From a virus: 64,000 bases of DNA. The stretch is from the IMG/VR virus record IMGVR_UViG_3300013102_000030, positions 110,137 through 174,136 of that record. One strand, given 5' to 3'. Position numbers and translations under genes: made by a program. Shown here one piece after another: positions 47,360 to 56,955 of the stretch; the first letter of the stretch is position 1; every line of letters starts with the position of its first letter. The notes beneath the pieces were generated by a model, which saw nothing but the letters and a program-made list of their open reading frames with translations, was not told the origin of the DNA and ran no database searches.

Positions 47360-47702
47360 TCCGAGAAACCCGTTTGAGGTCTATGAGGCCATGTGCAGGC
47401 TGAGGGCAGCATGCAAGCAGAGCATGTACGTGACCGTCTACCACAGCCGTGACCCCCGCGTCAAGGAGGCACTGGAGCGTCACGCTACGGCCATGCGGAA
47501 GATCGGTGAATCGATACGGGCGGTGGATGGCTGCTGCTCTGCCCATGTGGATATCCTCTGGTGGGGTGAACTGACTAAGTTCAAGTGGTGGCAGTGGCGT
47601 GCAGAGCGTAAGTTCATAGACGACTCTGCCGAATGGAAAAGGAACAAGACAGAAGAACTTCGGGCTGCGGCCCGTTCGATCAAAGAATTGGAGTTGGTTT
47701 GA
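47349..47702 (+). CDS. hypothetical protein
   Basis: AAAGGA RBS. Confidence 0.6.
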   Translation: MHADPRNPFEVYEAMCRLRAACKQSMYVTVYHSRDPRVKEALERHATAMRKIGESIRAVDGCCSAHVDILWWGELTKFKWWQWRAERKFIDDSAEWKRNKTEELRAAARSIKELELV

Positions 47703-48664
47703 CAATCAAGAGTGCGTCAATCATTCTGGGTGAACAGCGCCAGAGTGTGACGAATGTTGACACGTGCGTGAAGGCTGATGAGCTTCGCGGGAGGAAGGAA
47801 GGATCTGCCTCTATCAAGGATCTCCGGAATGTGGTGGACTACGTTCGTCATATGGAGAAGGAGCTTGAGAAGGCTCCCAAGCCTGAGAAGATGCTCGCTT
47901 CGGGTGGCTGGTCCACTCCTGCCGACAAGACGTACGATCTGACACCGGCCAAGAAGCCTACCGACTACATGTCTCAGGGCTACACATCCAGCATCCGCAG
48001 GGTCCGCTACGGCTCCCGCTACTGGATGGACTGGACGGTCAAGTGGGGCGGTGTACAGGTCGCTGAAGGATCTGACCTGACCACTGAGGATGCTGAGCGC
48101 CACATCGTGCAGGCGATTGAACAGGAGATCAAGCGCCGCAAGGAACTGAACCGCAAGGAGACCTCCTACATTGCTGAGTCGGGCCGGAAGTACATGTTCT
48201 CCCACGAGGTCAAGCGTTTCCTGTACGGTGGAATTTCGTGGAGCGTCTGGAACGCTGAAGGCAAGATGATCGCCACTGGAATCACCCGCTCTCTTGCTGA
48301 TGGCGATAAGGAAGTCATGCGCTCAATGAAGGAATGGGTCAAGGACAAGGAAGGCTCCAAGCCTGTCCACCGGAACGTTGAAACCGTTCGTGGAGACCGG
48401 ACCTACAAGCACTCCTACGTGGTGATCAATCGTGGCGCTGGTGAGTTCCAGTGGACGGCTTTCGTTGAGACAGCGTTCCGGAACGGGACTACGACACTGC
48501 CTCTCGCAAATGGCAAGGCATCGTCTCTTGCACAGGCTGAAGCTAACGCCAAGTCGGAGATCAACACGGACTGCAACCATCGGGAGATCAAGCTCTCGGT
48601 GCAGGCTGTGAAGGATCGGTACACAGTTCCGCTTCCTCCTGCTTCTCTGTTCTCTCTCCGCTAG
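47699..48664 (+). CDS. protein with three W.V..G..(V/I)A.G..(T/S)...A repeats
   Basis: WTVKWGGVQVAEG; WSVWNAEGKMIATG; WTAF...LANG. Confidence 0.7.
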   Translation: MTIKSASIILGEQRQSVTNVDTCVKADELRGRKEGSASIKDLRNVVDYVRHMEKELEKAPKPEKMLASGGWSTPADKTYDLTPAKKPTDYMSQGYTSSIRRVRYGSRYWMDWTVKWGGVQVAEGSDLTTEDAERHIVQAIEQEIKRRKELNRKETSYIAESGRKYMFSHEVKRFLYGGISWSVWNAEGKMIATGITRSLADGDKEVMRSMKEWVKDKEGSKPVHRNVETVRGDRTYKHSYVVINRGAGEFQWTAFVETAFRNGTTTLPLANGKASSLAQAEANAKSEINTDCNHREIKLSVQAVKDRYTVPLPPASLFSLR

Positions 48665-48715
48665 GAAAGGGCGTGACCTTCGGGTTGCGCCTTTTTCTGG
48701 GTTCTGATAGTCTTT
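48665..48715 (+). promoter_or_regulatory. terminator overlapping GATAGTCTTT-class promoter
   Basis: AAAGGGCGTGACC-ttcg-GGTTGCGCCTTTTT; TTGCGC-N17-TAGTCT. Confidence 0.75.
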
Positions 48716-48742
48716 GGTTATTGGCACCGACTACAGGAGGAC

Positions 48743-49288
48743 ATGATGAATCTCAGCATTGCAGCACTGGAACGTCTTGTGGCTTACTACGTACGTCACC
48801 ACCTGAAGGATGTGGAGCTTCCCATGGGGGAAGGTGTCTTCATCTCCACGGTCGCTGAGCGCATTCAGGAGGAGATCATGTTCGGCACGGAGACTGTCCG
48901 GGAACATCTGGTTCGGGGTAACACGGACGAGTGGATCGAACTGGGGATGATCATCGATGAGACGCTGAATCCTGCGTACCTTGACGGTGTCGAGTCGGAG
49001 TACTGGATGACCGATGACTCAGAAGAGATGCGCCTGCCTCTGGGTGATGGTCTGGGGACCGCAACGGACAAGTTCATTGCTCGCTGCGCTCATGAGAACT
49101 GCGCTATGTATCTGGAGGACAGTGAAGGTCGCGTCCTGCTCATCTGGGGCGGATCTCAGAGCGTGGAAGATGAGGGTCTTGTCGATCCCATGGCACCTGT
49201 GATGGGTGGCTGGCGGCTGGCTGAAGAGAAAGCCATGCTTCACTACTGGAACGTGGAGCGCCACTTGGAAGGTCGGCCCGAGTTGTAA
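48743..49288 (+). CDS. hypothetical protein
   Basis: AGGAGG RBS. Confidence 0.7.
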   Translation: MMNLSIAALERLVAYYVRHHLKDVELPMGEGVFISTVAERIQEEIMFGTETVREHLVRGNTDEWIELGMIIDETLNPAYLDGVESEYWMTDDSEEMRLPLGDGLGTATDKFIARCAHENCAMYLEDSEGRVLLIWGGSQSVEDEGLVDPMAPVMGGWRLAEEKAMLHYWNVERHLEGRPEL

Positions 49289-49347
49289 TTGCTCGGGAAG
49301 TGTGTTTGAATAGTTGAAGACTTGTTGGATAAGAAAAGGAGAAGGAC

Positions 49348-49932
49348 ATGCCTGTAGGTGGAACGATCACGCTCAAGGGAAGGATCTGGCAGGAGCGAGG
49401 ATGCTCGATGATCAACTGGGAGATTCGGGACGGGTCGGATGTCAATGCGCGGATCGCCGGAGGACAGGTGAACAACCGTCAGGCCGCACACAACAAGATC
49501 ATGGGCCACGTCCAGTTGATGTCAGGCCGCTACGGCTGTAAGGTAGGGATCGACGTTGAGACCGCCTTTACCCCTGACCTCTCGGATCTGGAGAAGATCA
49601 AGGAGAACGCGCTGGAGATGGCCGGTGCGCGTGGTGCCCACATCGAAGAGGCAACGGAAACGATTCTGGCTCTCGTGGAGGAGCTTCAGAAGACACAGCG
49701 GACGCTTCGGATGTATGAGCAGCGGACTGTCAACACCGTTGCCCGGAACCTGTTCCTTGACCGGAGCCGCCACAACACGGAGCAGGAGTGGGCGCACCTG
49801 CCCCTTCAGGCCGCGCAGGAGTGGTTCAAGGAAGCACGTCGTGTGCTGGAGATCAGAGAGCCGCGTGTGCTGGTGACGGGTGATACCACACCTGTTCGGC
49901 ATCTGCCGCTGTCCCTGATCCGCCGTAAGTAA
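49348..49932 (+). CDS. hypothetical protein (paralogous C-terminus with 49963)
   Basis: A..LFL.....NT..EW......EW...A. Confidence 0.7.
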   Translation: MPVGGTITLKGRIWQERGCSMINWEIRDGSDVNARIAGGQVNNRQAAHNKIMGHVQLMSGRYGCKVGIDVETAFTPDLSDLEKIKENALEMAGARGAHIEEATETILALVEELQKTQRTLRMYEQRTVNTVARNLFLDRSRHNTEQEWAHLPLQAAQEWFKEARRVLEIREPRVLVTGDTTPVRHLPLSLIRRK

Positions 49933-49962
49933 GTTTTGTAAGTACTAGAGAAGGAGAAAATT

Positions 49963-50622
49963 TTGCACGATCTGTTTGATTTTGGTGTCCAGAAGTGTGC
50001 TGTTCGACCGGTGTTCCCGCATGTGGTGCACGACTTGAAGAAGTCGGACTCGCGGTTTCCGGGCAAGAGCTTCAAGGCCACGATCACGGCGCACGCTGAT
50101 GCCAGCTTCACCTATGAGGCACGGAACGCTGAAGGCCGTGTCATGTGGCACGGCAATGGGACGAACCTTGACGCGCTGAAGATACGCGTTGACAACCTGT
50201 CGCGGGTGTACTTCGGTCGGCTGGAGTCGGGCCTCATGTATGAAGAGGAGCGCAGGGCCAAGCGCCCGAACGTCAAGACCGATGCAGGTCTGGCTGCGCT
50301 GAAGGCGCTCGCCATCGATCTCTCTGCCGGTTCGCCGTCGAACTCATCTGAGGAGACTCTTGCTGAGTCGGCCCACAGCCTGATCAATGAGGTCCGGGAG
50401 CTTCGCCGTCGTGTGCGGATCAAGGAACATGATGAGAAGATCTACGTGCAGCGCACGGCCCAGATGATGTTCCTGAACAAGGACAAGGCCAACACGGTAG
50501 CGGAGTGGGACAACATGGCTACTGCCGTCCGTGAAAAGTGGAAGGTGGCTGCTGCAAAGTTCTTGGGGATCAGCTACGTCCCTGCTCCAGCAGCGGCTGT
50601 TGAGGACCGGTTCCTGCCGTGA
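49963..50622 (+). CDS. hypothetical protein
   Basis: AQMMFL....NT.AEW......KW...A. Confidence 0.7.
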   Translation: MHDLFDFGVQKCAVRPVFPHVVHDLKKSDSRFPGKSFKATITAHADASFTYEARNAEGRVMWHGNGTNLDALKIRVDNLSRVYFGRLESGLMYEEERRAKRPNVKTDAGLAALKALAIDLSAGSPSNSSEETLAESAHSLINEVRELRRRVRIKEHDEKIYVQRTAQMMFLNKDKANTVAEWDNMATAVREKWKVAAAKFLGISYVPAPAAAVEDRFLP

Positions 50623-50888
50623 AGTGGCTGAAGCAGATCACGTACATGACGTGGTGGGATCTGCTGGGCTGCTTTGTGCTGCTGCTTGGTGCGTCCTTGC
50701 TGGTGCTGATCGGCTCGCTGGCTTTGGTGACAGGGTTCGGTATGGCCTACGTCCTGATGTGCTTCGGAGCCGCTGGACTGCTGCTCTATGCGCTGTGTGT
50801 CATGGGCTGGGCCTGTATCGGGATGGGCAAGATGTACGGCTGGGGAATCCGGTTCGGAAAGAACAAGAAGGGAAAGAGGAGAGCATGA
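50619..50888 (+). CDS. membrane protein
   Basis: 2 TM. Confidence 0.6.
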   Translation: MKWLKQITYMTWWDLLGCFVLLLGASLLVLIGSLALVTGFGMAYVLMCFGAAGLLLYALCVMGWACIGMGKMYGWGIRFGKNKKGKRRA

Positions 50889-51133
50889 GAGATCCAATCG
50901 AGAGTTACCACAAGACCCGTGAAGCCACGGAGCGGCTACGGGTCCAGATCGACAATCTGGAAGAGACCGGAATCGATGGTCTGAACATCGAAGACGTGAA
51001 GATCCTGCTGGAAGAACGGGAAGAACACTACGCGACTGTTGACCGGGCGGTACAGTTCATGTCTTCAGGTGGTGCTGACTCTCTGGGTTCGGCCATGGCT
51101 GCTGACTTCGCACGTCTGAGAGGAGAAGGCTGA
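50885..51133 (+). CDS. hypothetical protein
   Basis: GAGGAG RBS. Confidence 0.6.
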   Translation: MRDPIESYHKTREATERLRVQIDNLEETGIDGLNIEDVKILLEEREEHYATVDRAVQFMSSGGADSLGSAMAADFARLRGEG

Positions 51134-51483
51134 TGCCAGTACTTGACCCCACGGGGAAAGTTTTCAAGGATGCACGCGGAGCCGTGCTGGAACTCGGTGA
51201 CATCTGTATCAAGGGATCTGCCGGGGATTCGGTGACGCTCTCTGTCGTACAGATCTTGGGCTTCAAGAGCAAGGTCAAGATCGGCAAGCGTGACGGTCTG
51301 TATGGTGACTACCGGGAGGCCATGCGTAAGCTGGAAGAGCATGGCTGGGAGAACGAAGGCACGTGGGCGGATCGAACGTCCCTGATCAAGGTGACCGGCC
51401 TGCCGGAGGTAGCTGAGAGGCTGAACACTCCGCGTCCTGTCGTGTCGCTGGTGATGCCTGAACCGACTGTTGCGTTCGAATAG
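51133..51483 (+). CDS. SH3-like protein
   Basis: DARGAVLELGDI. Confidence 0.65.
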   Translation: MPVLDPTGKVFKDARGAVLELGDICIKGSAGDSVTLSVVQILGFKSKVKIGKRDGLYGDYREAMRKLEEHGWENEGTWADRTSLIKVTGLPEVAERLNTPRPVVSLVMPEPTVAFE

Positions 51484-51500
51484 AGATCCTGATAGTCTTT
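51470..51500 (+). promoter_or_regulatory. GATAGTCTTT-class promoter
   Basis: TTGCGT-N17-TAGTCT. Confidence 0.75.
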
Positions 51501-51531
51501 AGTTATTAGCCGCCTAGAGAAGGGAAGAGCA

Positions 51532-51957
51532 GTGACTGAATACAAGAACGGTGACAAGGTCCGTGTCAATGAGGGAGACCTTGAAGGACTGACCGGAGAG
51601 GTTGCCAGTGTACTCGATGGCGGGTACAAGCTGCTGGTCACCTTTGACATTGCCATGGGTGAGGGAAGCATGCTGATGCCTTCGGCCATCGTGTCTCCTG
51701 CGTCGGTGGATCATCCTGCGCTGGCGAAGATGAAGCGGCTCTACCCGGACTTCCTGAAGTCGAGCAGCTACCGCTACCGGCTCACGACGTACCTGAACGG
51801 GGTCTTCTATGAGTCCCACCCGATCACGGCGGTGGAACTGATGAACGTACTGGGCAAGAACCCGCCTGCCGGTCTGGAGAAGCTGGAGTTCATGCTCAAG
51901 AAGGATGACCCGTCTCGTGGTCTGGCGTGGAAGCTGCTCTGGGCTGACGGAGAGTAG
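51532..51957 (+). CDS. NusG-like KOW domain protein
   Basis: YKNGDKVRVNEGDLEGLTGEV. Confidence 0.75.
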   Translation: MTEYKNGDKVRVNEGDLEGLTGEVASVLDGGYKLLVTFDIAMGEGSMLMPSAIVSPASVDHPALAKMKRLYPDFLKSSSYRYRLTTYLNGVFYESHPITAVELMNVLGKNPPAGLEKLEFMLKKDDPSRGLAWKLLWADGE

Positions 51958-52026
51958 TTGACAGGGGGAGAGTACTTGGTACTCTTTTCTTGTAAGCAAT
52001 TACCAAAGACTATAGAAGGAGAAGTG

Positions 52027-52206
52027 ATGTTCGGCATCAAGGTACATGAAGGCAAGCGCTCGTGGTGGATCACGGAGACCGGAGCGTCCAACCGCAGGAA
52101 CGCCCGTGGGATCTGGAAGTTCGACTCACAGATGGGTGCTGAGATGGCCCGTGGCTCGTTGCAGAAGATGAACCCGGATGCTACGCTCACGGTGGAGAGG
52201 TTCTGA
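52027..52206 (+). CDS. hypothetical protein
   Basis: AAGGAG RBS. Confidence 0.6.
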   Translation: MFGIKVHEGKRSWWITETGASNRRNARGIWKFDSQMGAEMARGSLQKMNPDATLTVERF

Positions 52207-52583
52207 TGGCAAACTTGCAGAAGGAACTGGCCGCTGAGTTCGCAAAGCATAAGTTCGACACCGCCTATGAGGCATTTGTCTGGGAGTGCATTTGTGGATG
52301 GCGCGGAATCCACAAGCATGAACACCTTGCAGAAATTGCAACGCGTAGGATTGGAGCAAACAAGCGCTTCTCTGAGGCTGAGCTTTCAGCGGAGGCGTAC
52401 CGGCAGATGGCTCGGGCTGGTGCGCTGGCTGGGATGGCCTCTCTGGTTGAGGAGGATGGCAGACTGCTGATGGCACCGATGGACTCCATGCGGGACTTCA
52501 TTGGACCGATGAGGAAAGATACGTATATGCTGGCTGTGGTCAACAGGTTTGAGCGCCTGCCGCACTTTGATGAGGAGGAGTAA
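52206..52583 (+). CDS. hypothetical protein (H..CICG..H..H)
   Basis: Coupled ORF. Confidence 0.6.
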   Translation: MANLQKELAAEFAKHKFDTAYEAFVWECICGWRGIHKHEHLAEIATRRIGANKRFSEAELSAEAYRQMARAGALAGMASLVEEDGRLLMAPMDSMRDFIGPMRKDTYMLAVVNRFERLPHFDEEE

Positions 52584-52783
52584 TGCCTAGAGCAAGAGTC
52601 AACTCGACTAAGGTGTCCCTGACTGCTGTGGAACTGGAGCAGTTGAGCGCCCTGTACAATGTGGCGTGGGGGAGTTCGTACAACCCGGACAAGACACAGC
52701 GCAAGCTGGCTAAGGCGCTTGAGCGCGTAGCGCAACAGCAGGACCGTGCTGAGGAAAGAAGGAGGGCACGTGACGGAGCTTGA
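52583..52783 (+). CDS. hypothetical protein
   Basis: GGAGGAG RBS. Confidence 0.6.
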   Translation: MPRARVNSTKVSLTAVELEQLSALYNVAWGSSYNPDKTQRKLAKALERVAQQQDRAEERRRARDGA

Positions 52784-53366
52784 ACTGCTGAATCGGATTG
52801 TTGCAATCCGGGACGCGTGCACTGATGAGAAGACGCGGGAGGAATTGAATGCGCTTGCTATGGAGCGGTGGGGTCGTGCGTCGGTGTGACTGGTGTGCAG
52901 TTCGGCTGCGCTGGTGGCAGGCCACAGGGTGGTGCAGGAAGTGCCGGAAGTATCTGATCTACTCGGTCAGTCCGCCCTGTCCTGAAGGGTATCGTATGTA
53001 TCAAAGCCCGGACAGGTTGTTCGGGATTCACTGGTAAGAAAGGTTTGTAAGTGCGTCGTAGTGTAGGATTGTTCTTGATCGGGCTGGGGATTGTGATCGT
53101 GGTGGTGGGAGCCATCAATGGCTTCGGTCAGTACAAGGCATGTGTGGATCGCGGAGGAGTCTCCGTCTCGGGCCAGTGCATCAAGGCTGAACGGATTGAT
53201 ACCTCGCAGTGAAGCTGGTAGAGTCTGGAGGGAAGAGATACCTCGTGGACTCTGATGAGTGGATGGATGTAAGTCCGCCTGCTATGGTGTATCGTGAGTG
53301 TCTGGAAGTTTTTCACCCGCTGACCTGTCTGGTGGCTGGGTGTCGCTATGAATGAAAGGTTTGTAA

Positions 53367-53903
53367 TTGACAACGATTGGAACCGCGACGGTGGACGTAC
53401 GCGTAGAGGTTGAAGAACTGGATGAGAGTCCTGCCGAGACGCTGGGCCGTCTGGTGGAGGATGAGTACCGCAAGGTACTGGCCCGGAAGCAGATTCTTCA
53501 GCGCCGGATTCGGCTGGCAAAGCCGGAGCTTGAAACCGTGTCGGAACGGCTCGACGCCCTGAAGGTGATCTCCGGTGACAAGCGTGACCGGTTCGGTGTG
53601 GACGCGTACGTACGTCGGACTGACAGCACCCTGAAGCGCTGGGAGCCAACGTATGGCGGATCGGCATGGAGTGGAGTTACGTCGGGGTACCTGAACGGCA
53701 AGATCCACTCGCTGTTCGGTGAGCCTACTGTGGCGGAACTGGAGGAGAACTCGGAGAAGATCGCTGACCTGCTGGAGTTCTTCCATCACGTGGAGGTTCC
53801 TGCGTTCTGGTACTGGCTGCGCGTCAAGTACAATGACGACGTGAACAAGATGCTGGAAGAGAACGCTACGGTGTTCGGGATTCGGAAGAAGGTTCGTGTA
53901 TGA
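53367..53903 (+). CDS. hypothetical protein
   Basis: GAAAGG + TTG. Confidence 0.65.
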   Translation: MTTIGTATVDVRVEVEELDESPAETLGRLVEDEYRKVLARKQILQRRIRLAKPELETVSERLDALKVISGDKRDRFGVDAYVRRTDSTLKRWEPTYGGSAWSGVTSGYLNGKIHSLFGEPTVAELEENSEKIADLLEFFHHVEVPAFWYWLRVKYNDDVNKMLEENATVFGIRKKVRV

Positions 53904-54181
53904 AGTGCGTAGAGAAGGTGCCCACGTTCGACTGCATGAAGTGGGACGGGGTTCGGGACAGTGGCTCGCATGGCTGGTTCAAGAAGCGCTTTGCGTCGGC
54001 CTCTGTGTATCGCGGAGAGCTTTCGGTGTCATGGTGGAACGGAAAGGTCTTCACTGACTTTGTCCTGCCCGTGGGACACTGGATGGTCATCAACGAACTG
54101 ACCGGAAAGCCTGAGAGCATGAACCCTGCTGAGTGGCGCTCGCGCTTTGAAGAAGTGAAGGGAGCGCCGGAGGATGATTGA
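53900..54181 (+). CDS. hypothetical protein
   Basis: ATGA overlap; W.G...G.W.V...F.EV. Confidence 0.6.
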   Translation: MKCVEKVPTFDCMKWDGVRDSGSHGWFKKRFASASVYRGELSVSWWNGKVFTDFVLPVGHWMVINELTGKPESMNPAEWRSRFEEVKGAPEDD

Positions 54182-54566
54182 GGTACCTCGGGAGGAGTTC
54201 ATCGTCCTGCCCATGATGGCGCATGAGGGACCGATGTCTCTGGATGCCATTGCCACTGCTGAGTACGGACGGACGTACCGTGGACAGCAGACAGGGGAGA
54301 TGATTCACAACGACTCGTACAAGGTGTATGATCTCTCTACGGAGAAAGATGTGGAGAGGTCATGGTACAACGCTGATGCTGATATCTCGCTGTGGCTGGG
54401 ACTCAAGATCGGAGACCGCAAGATGGGATGGCGGGATCGTGGCGACTTAATCACGCATGAGATTGACATCGAACGTTCTGCCCCGGAGCCGCACAAGATT
54501 CTGGCGGACCTGATCAAGAGAGGGAAGCTGCCTATGGGCAAGTACCTCTGTCGGGTATGGTGGTGA
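54174..54566 (+). CDS. hypothetical protein
   Basis: GGAGG; NDSY..DL..RG.LP.G.Y...VWW. Confidence 0.65.
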   Translation: MIEVPREEFIVLPMMAHEGPMSLDAIATAEYGRTYRGQQTGEMIHNDSYKVYDLSTEKDVERSWYNADADISLWLGLKIGDRKMGWRDRGDLITHEIDIERSAPEPHKILADLIKRGKLPMGKYLCRVWW

Positions 54567-54970
54567 GAGTGCGTAAGTATTTCTGGCTGATCTACGCGCT
54601 GTCGGCCCTGATGATATTCGTGACGTTCGGGATCGTTGTGTCCCGACTGATAGGAGGGGTATAGTTGCCTAGAAGTGTTCTGTGGGCATTGTGTATGCTC
54701 TGGCTGGTCATCGGTGTATTGTTCGGAGTGGGAATCACTCTGCTGACGAGAGGGATGTAATGAGAGGGTATGGAGGATGGCTGCTGGTCTGCCTGTTGTG
54801 CTGGCTCGGTGGAGGGTTGTTCTGGATCGGTGTGACCGGATTGGTGGGTCGCTGATGGCTCGTAGGCGGTTGACTAAGGCTCAGTGGGAGCGTGTGTCGA
54901 TGTGGCTGGCGGTGGTGCAGGTCGTGGCGCTGCTCGGTTTTGTCGTGTCCATGCTCATGCACTGGTAGTG

Positions 54971-54997
54971 AAAAGCTCTCCTGAGGGAGGGCTTTTT
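54971..54997 (+). terminator. intrinsic terminator
   Basis: AAAAGCTCTCC-tgag-GGAGGGCTTTTT. Confidence 0.75.
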
Positions 54998-55285
54998 GCG
55001 TGTCAAAACTGGCCGATTTTCGTTCAATCGCGTGCCAATCGAAATCGGTGTTTTTGGCCTGTTTTCTTTATCATGTACACTGGTGAGAGGTTACGTCAAT
55101 TGACAGGACTGCTCGCTGGGTGCAGTGATAAGACGGTAGTTTTCTGAGTCCGGAACTGAAGCGAAGAGATCCGTACTATCATGCAGATCTGTGATTGTGC
55201 AGAAGTTTGTGCGCTTTTTGAAATCTGGCTGATGAGGGGTTTTGAGGCTTGTTCTAGGGGAAGTTGCTCTGTTTTACAGATTTTG

Positions 55286-55415
55286 TTTTGCCAAACTGTT
55301 TTCTCCTAAGGGAAGATCTTGAGAGAAAGAATAGAGGGTATATGGTACACCCTTCCTACATACGCTCTTTTTTTTACATCTATGGCTCTCTTGTTCAGAA
55401 ACCACTTTGGCAAAA
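55286..55415. repeat. long imperfect AT-rich palindrome in non-coding region
   Basis: Arms 55286-55304 and 55397-55415 match 17/19 as inverted repeat. Confidence 0.6.
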
Positions 55416-55474
55416 TGGGGTCTCAAAAATGGGTGGTCTGAGGGGTTGATCTTGAGGGTGTGATTGGGTACGAT

Positions 55475-55503
55475 TTGACTTAAGAAGTGCCATGGGGTAC
55501 AAT
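55475..55503 (+). promoter_or_regulatory. promoter of leaderless gene
   Basis: TTGACT-N17-TACAAT, ATG 6 nt after. Confidence 0.8.
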
Positions 55504-55509
55504 AGATAC

Positions 55510-55932
55510 ATGAGCGAAATTACTACCATGATGACCAAGCTGGGCAACAAGCGTATTGCCGTCCGAAAGGACGAAGAGAAGATCAAGAGCCTTGACAATC
55601 AGATCGAGATCTATCAGAACGCACGTGCCAAGACCGTTGCCTCTCTCGACCAGAAGAAGGTTGAGATTGAGAAGATGGACGAACTGGTTGCAGAGTACAA
55701 GCGACTTGAGTGGGACAAGAAGACTCTGATCGGTCGCATGAACAGGCTTCAGGAAAAGTACAATGCCATTCCGTGGAGGCCGGATCTGCTGCCGGAAGAG
55801 AAGATCGAGAACTCGGAGTTTGACTCGCTCGCTGCCAAGGTCGCTGTGATTCAGGAACGGTTGAACGTGATCCCCAAGGATGCGAACCGTGTGTACTACC
55901 GGAGGGTTGTGGATGAAGTCTCTGGAGAATGA
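55510..55932 (+). CDS. coiled-coil protein, leaderless
   Basis: ATG at predicted TSS. Confidence 0.7.
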   Translation: MSEITTMMTKLGNKRIAVRKDEEKIKSLDNQIEIYQNARAKTVASLDQKKVEIEKMDELVAEYKRLEWDKKTLIGRMNRLQEKYNAIPWRPDLLPEEKIENSEFDSLAAKVAVIQERLNVIPKDANRVYYRRVVDEVSGE

Positions 55933-56335
55933 GTTCAAGGAGACTAGCGCTCAGGTAGGGTACATGCTACGCTGGTTGAAGTACCAGCAGGAGAACAAGG
56001 GCTTTGTCGGGAAGGATCTGGAAACCACCCAGAACTTTATCGATGGGATCAAGCAGTGTGAACGCTGGCGGGACAAGATCTACAAGCGGAAGCGTGGCTT
56101 GGAAGAGTTGAAGGGGAAGGTCGCCTCCCCTCACTATCCGGAAACGGAAGTTGATCTGAGACACTGTGTTGGTGATATGTGTTACTACATGCTGATGATC
56201 GGTGCGGTGTTCAGGTCGTTCTATCTGGCTCAGGGGAATTTCCCTCCCATGCCTCCCAGCACTCGGAAGAAGGAACGGGAAGCGGAAGAGTTCCTTGGGT
56301 TCGGATTTGAGTATGATCCGGAGAAGTACGCTTGA
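55913..56335 (+). CDS. hypothetical protein
   Basis: GGAGG RBS. Confidence 0.65.
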   Translation: MKSLENEFKETSAQVGYMLRWLKYQQENKGFVGKDLETTQNFIDGIKQCERWRDKIYKRKRGLEELKGKVASPHYPETEVDLRHCVGDMCYYMLMIGAVFRSFYLAQGNFPPMPPSTRKKEREAEEFLGFGFEYDPEKYA

Positions 56336-56379
56336 CGTGAATGGTATACTTAGGTAAGATTTGTTCTACTGGAGGTACC

Positions 56380-56955
56380 ATGGAAAGCATTGAGCGCGGA
56401 GAGCACGTTATCGTCACTGCCTACGGTGATGGCGAGTCACTGGAAAAGTTCGGTGGGATTCTTGCTGAGGTTGCGGATGACGGTTATGTCTTCTTTGTGA
56501 CTCACAGGATGATGCCGATTGAGAAGGTTCTGCCGGTGGATGCCTTGACAGTGATCAAGGACATCGTTGACAAGATGCCGGTGTGGCGTGTACGATGGGC
56601 TGGTGCCCTTGAGAAGATTTCGGGTTGGCGGACGATGCCCGTGGCGGAACTGCGGGACAAACTCCGTGGCCTGATCGAAGTGCGTACCTTGGAGGGTATG
56701 CCCCAGATGGCAAGGCTGAGTCCTTTGACTTCTCCGGTCAAGACCTTCTACAGTGAGGTCAAGACGATGGAGGTCACAGAGGATGTGAACCGAGTCTTTG
56801 AGCAGGACCAGACGGTGGCAGAGGCTGTTGCCGGAATGGATGACGAAATTGAAGCACTATTGACTGCGGCGGATGCCGAGAAAGAGACGAATGACGACAT
56901 ACACCCCGAGCCGGGAAGCAAAGACGTTCCGGGAAGCAGTGCAGATAGCCATTGA
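56380..56955 (+). CDS. hypothetical protein
   Basis: GGAGG RBS. Confidence 0.65.
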   Translation: MESIERGEHVIVTAYGDGESLEKFGGILAEVADDGYVFFVTHRMMPIEKVLPVDALTVIKDIVDKMPVWRVRWAGALEKISGWRTMPVAELRDKLRGLIEVRTLEGMPQMARLSPLTSPVKTFYSEVKTMEVTEDVNRVFEQDQTVAEAVAGMDDEIEALLTAADAEKETNDDIHPEPGSKDVPGSSADSH

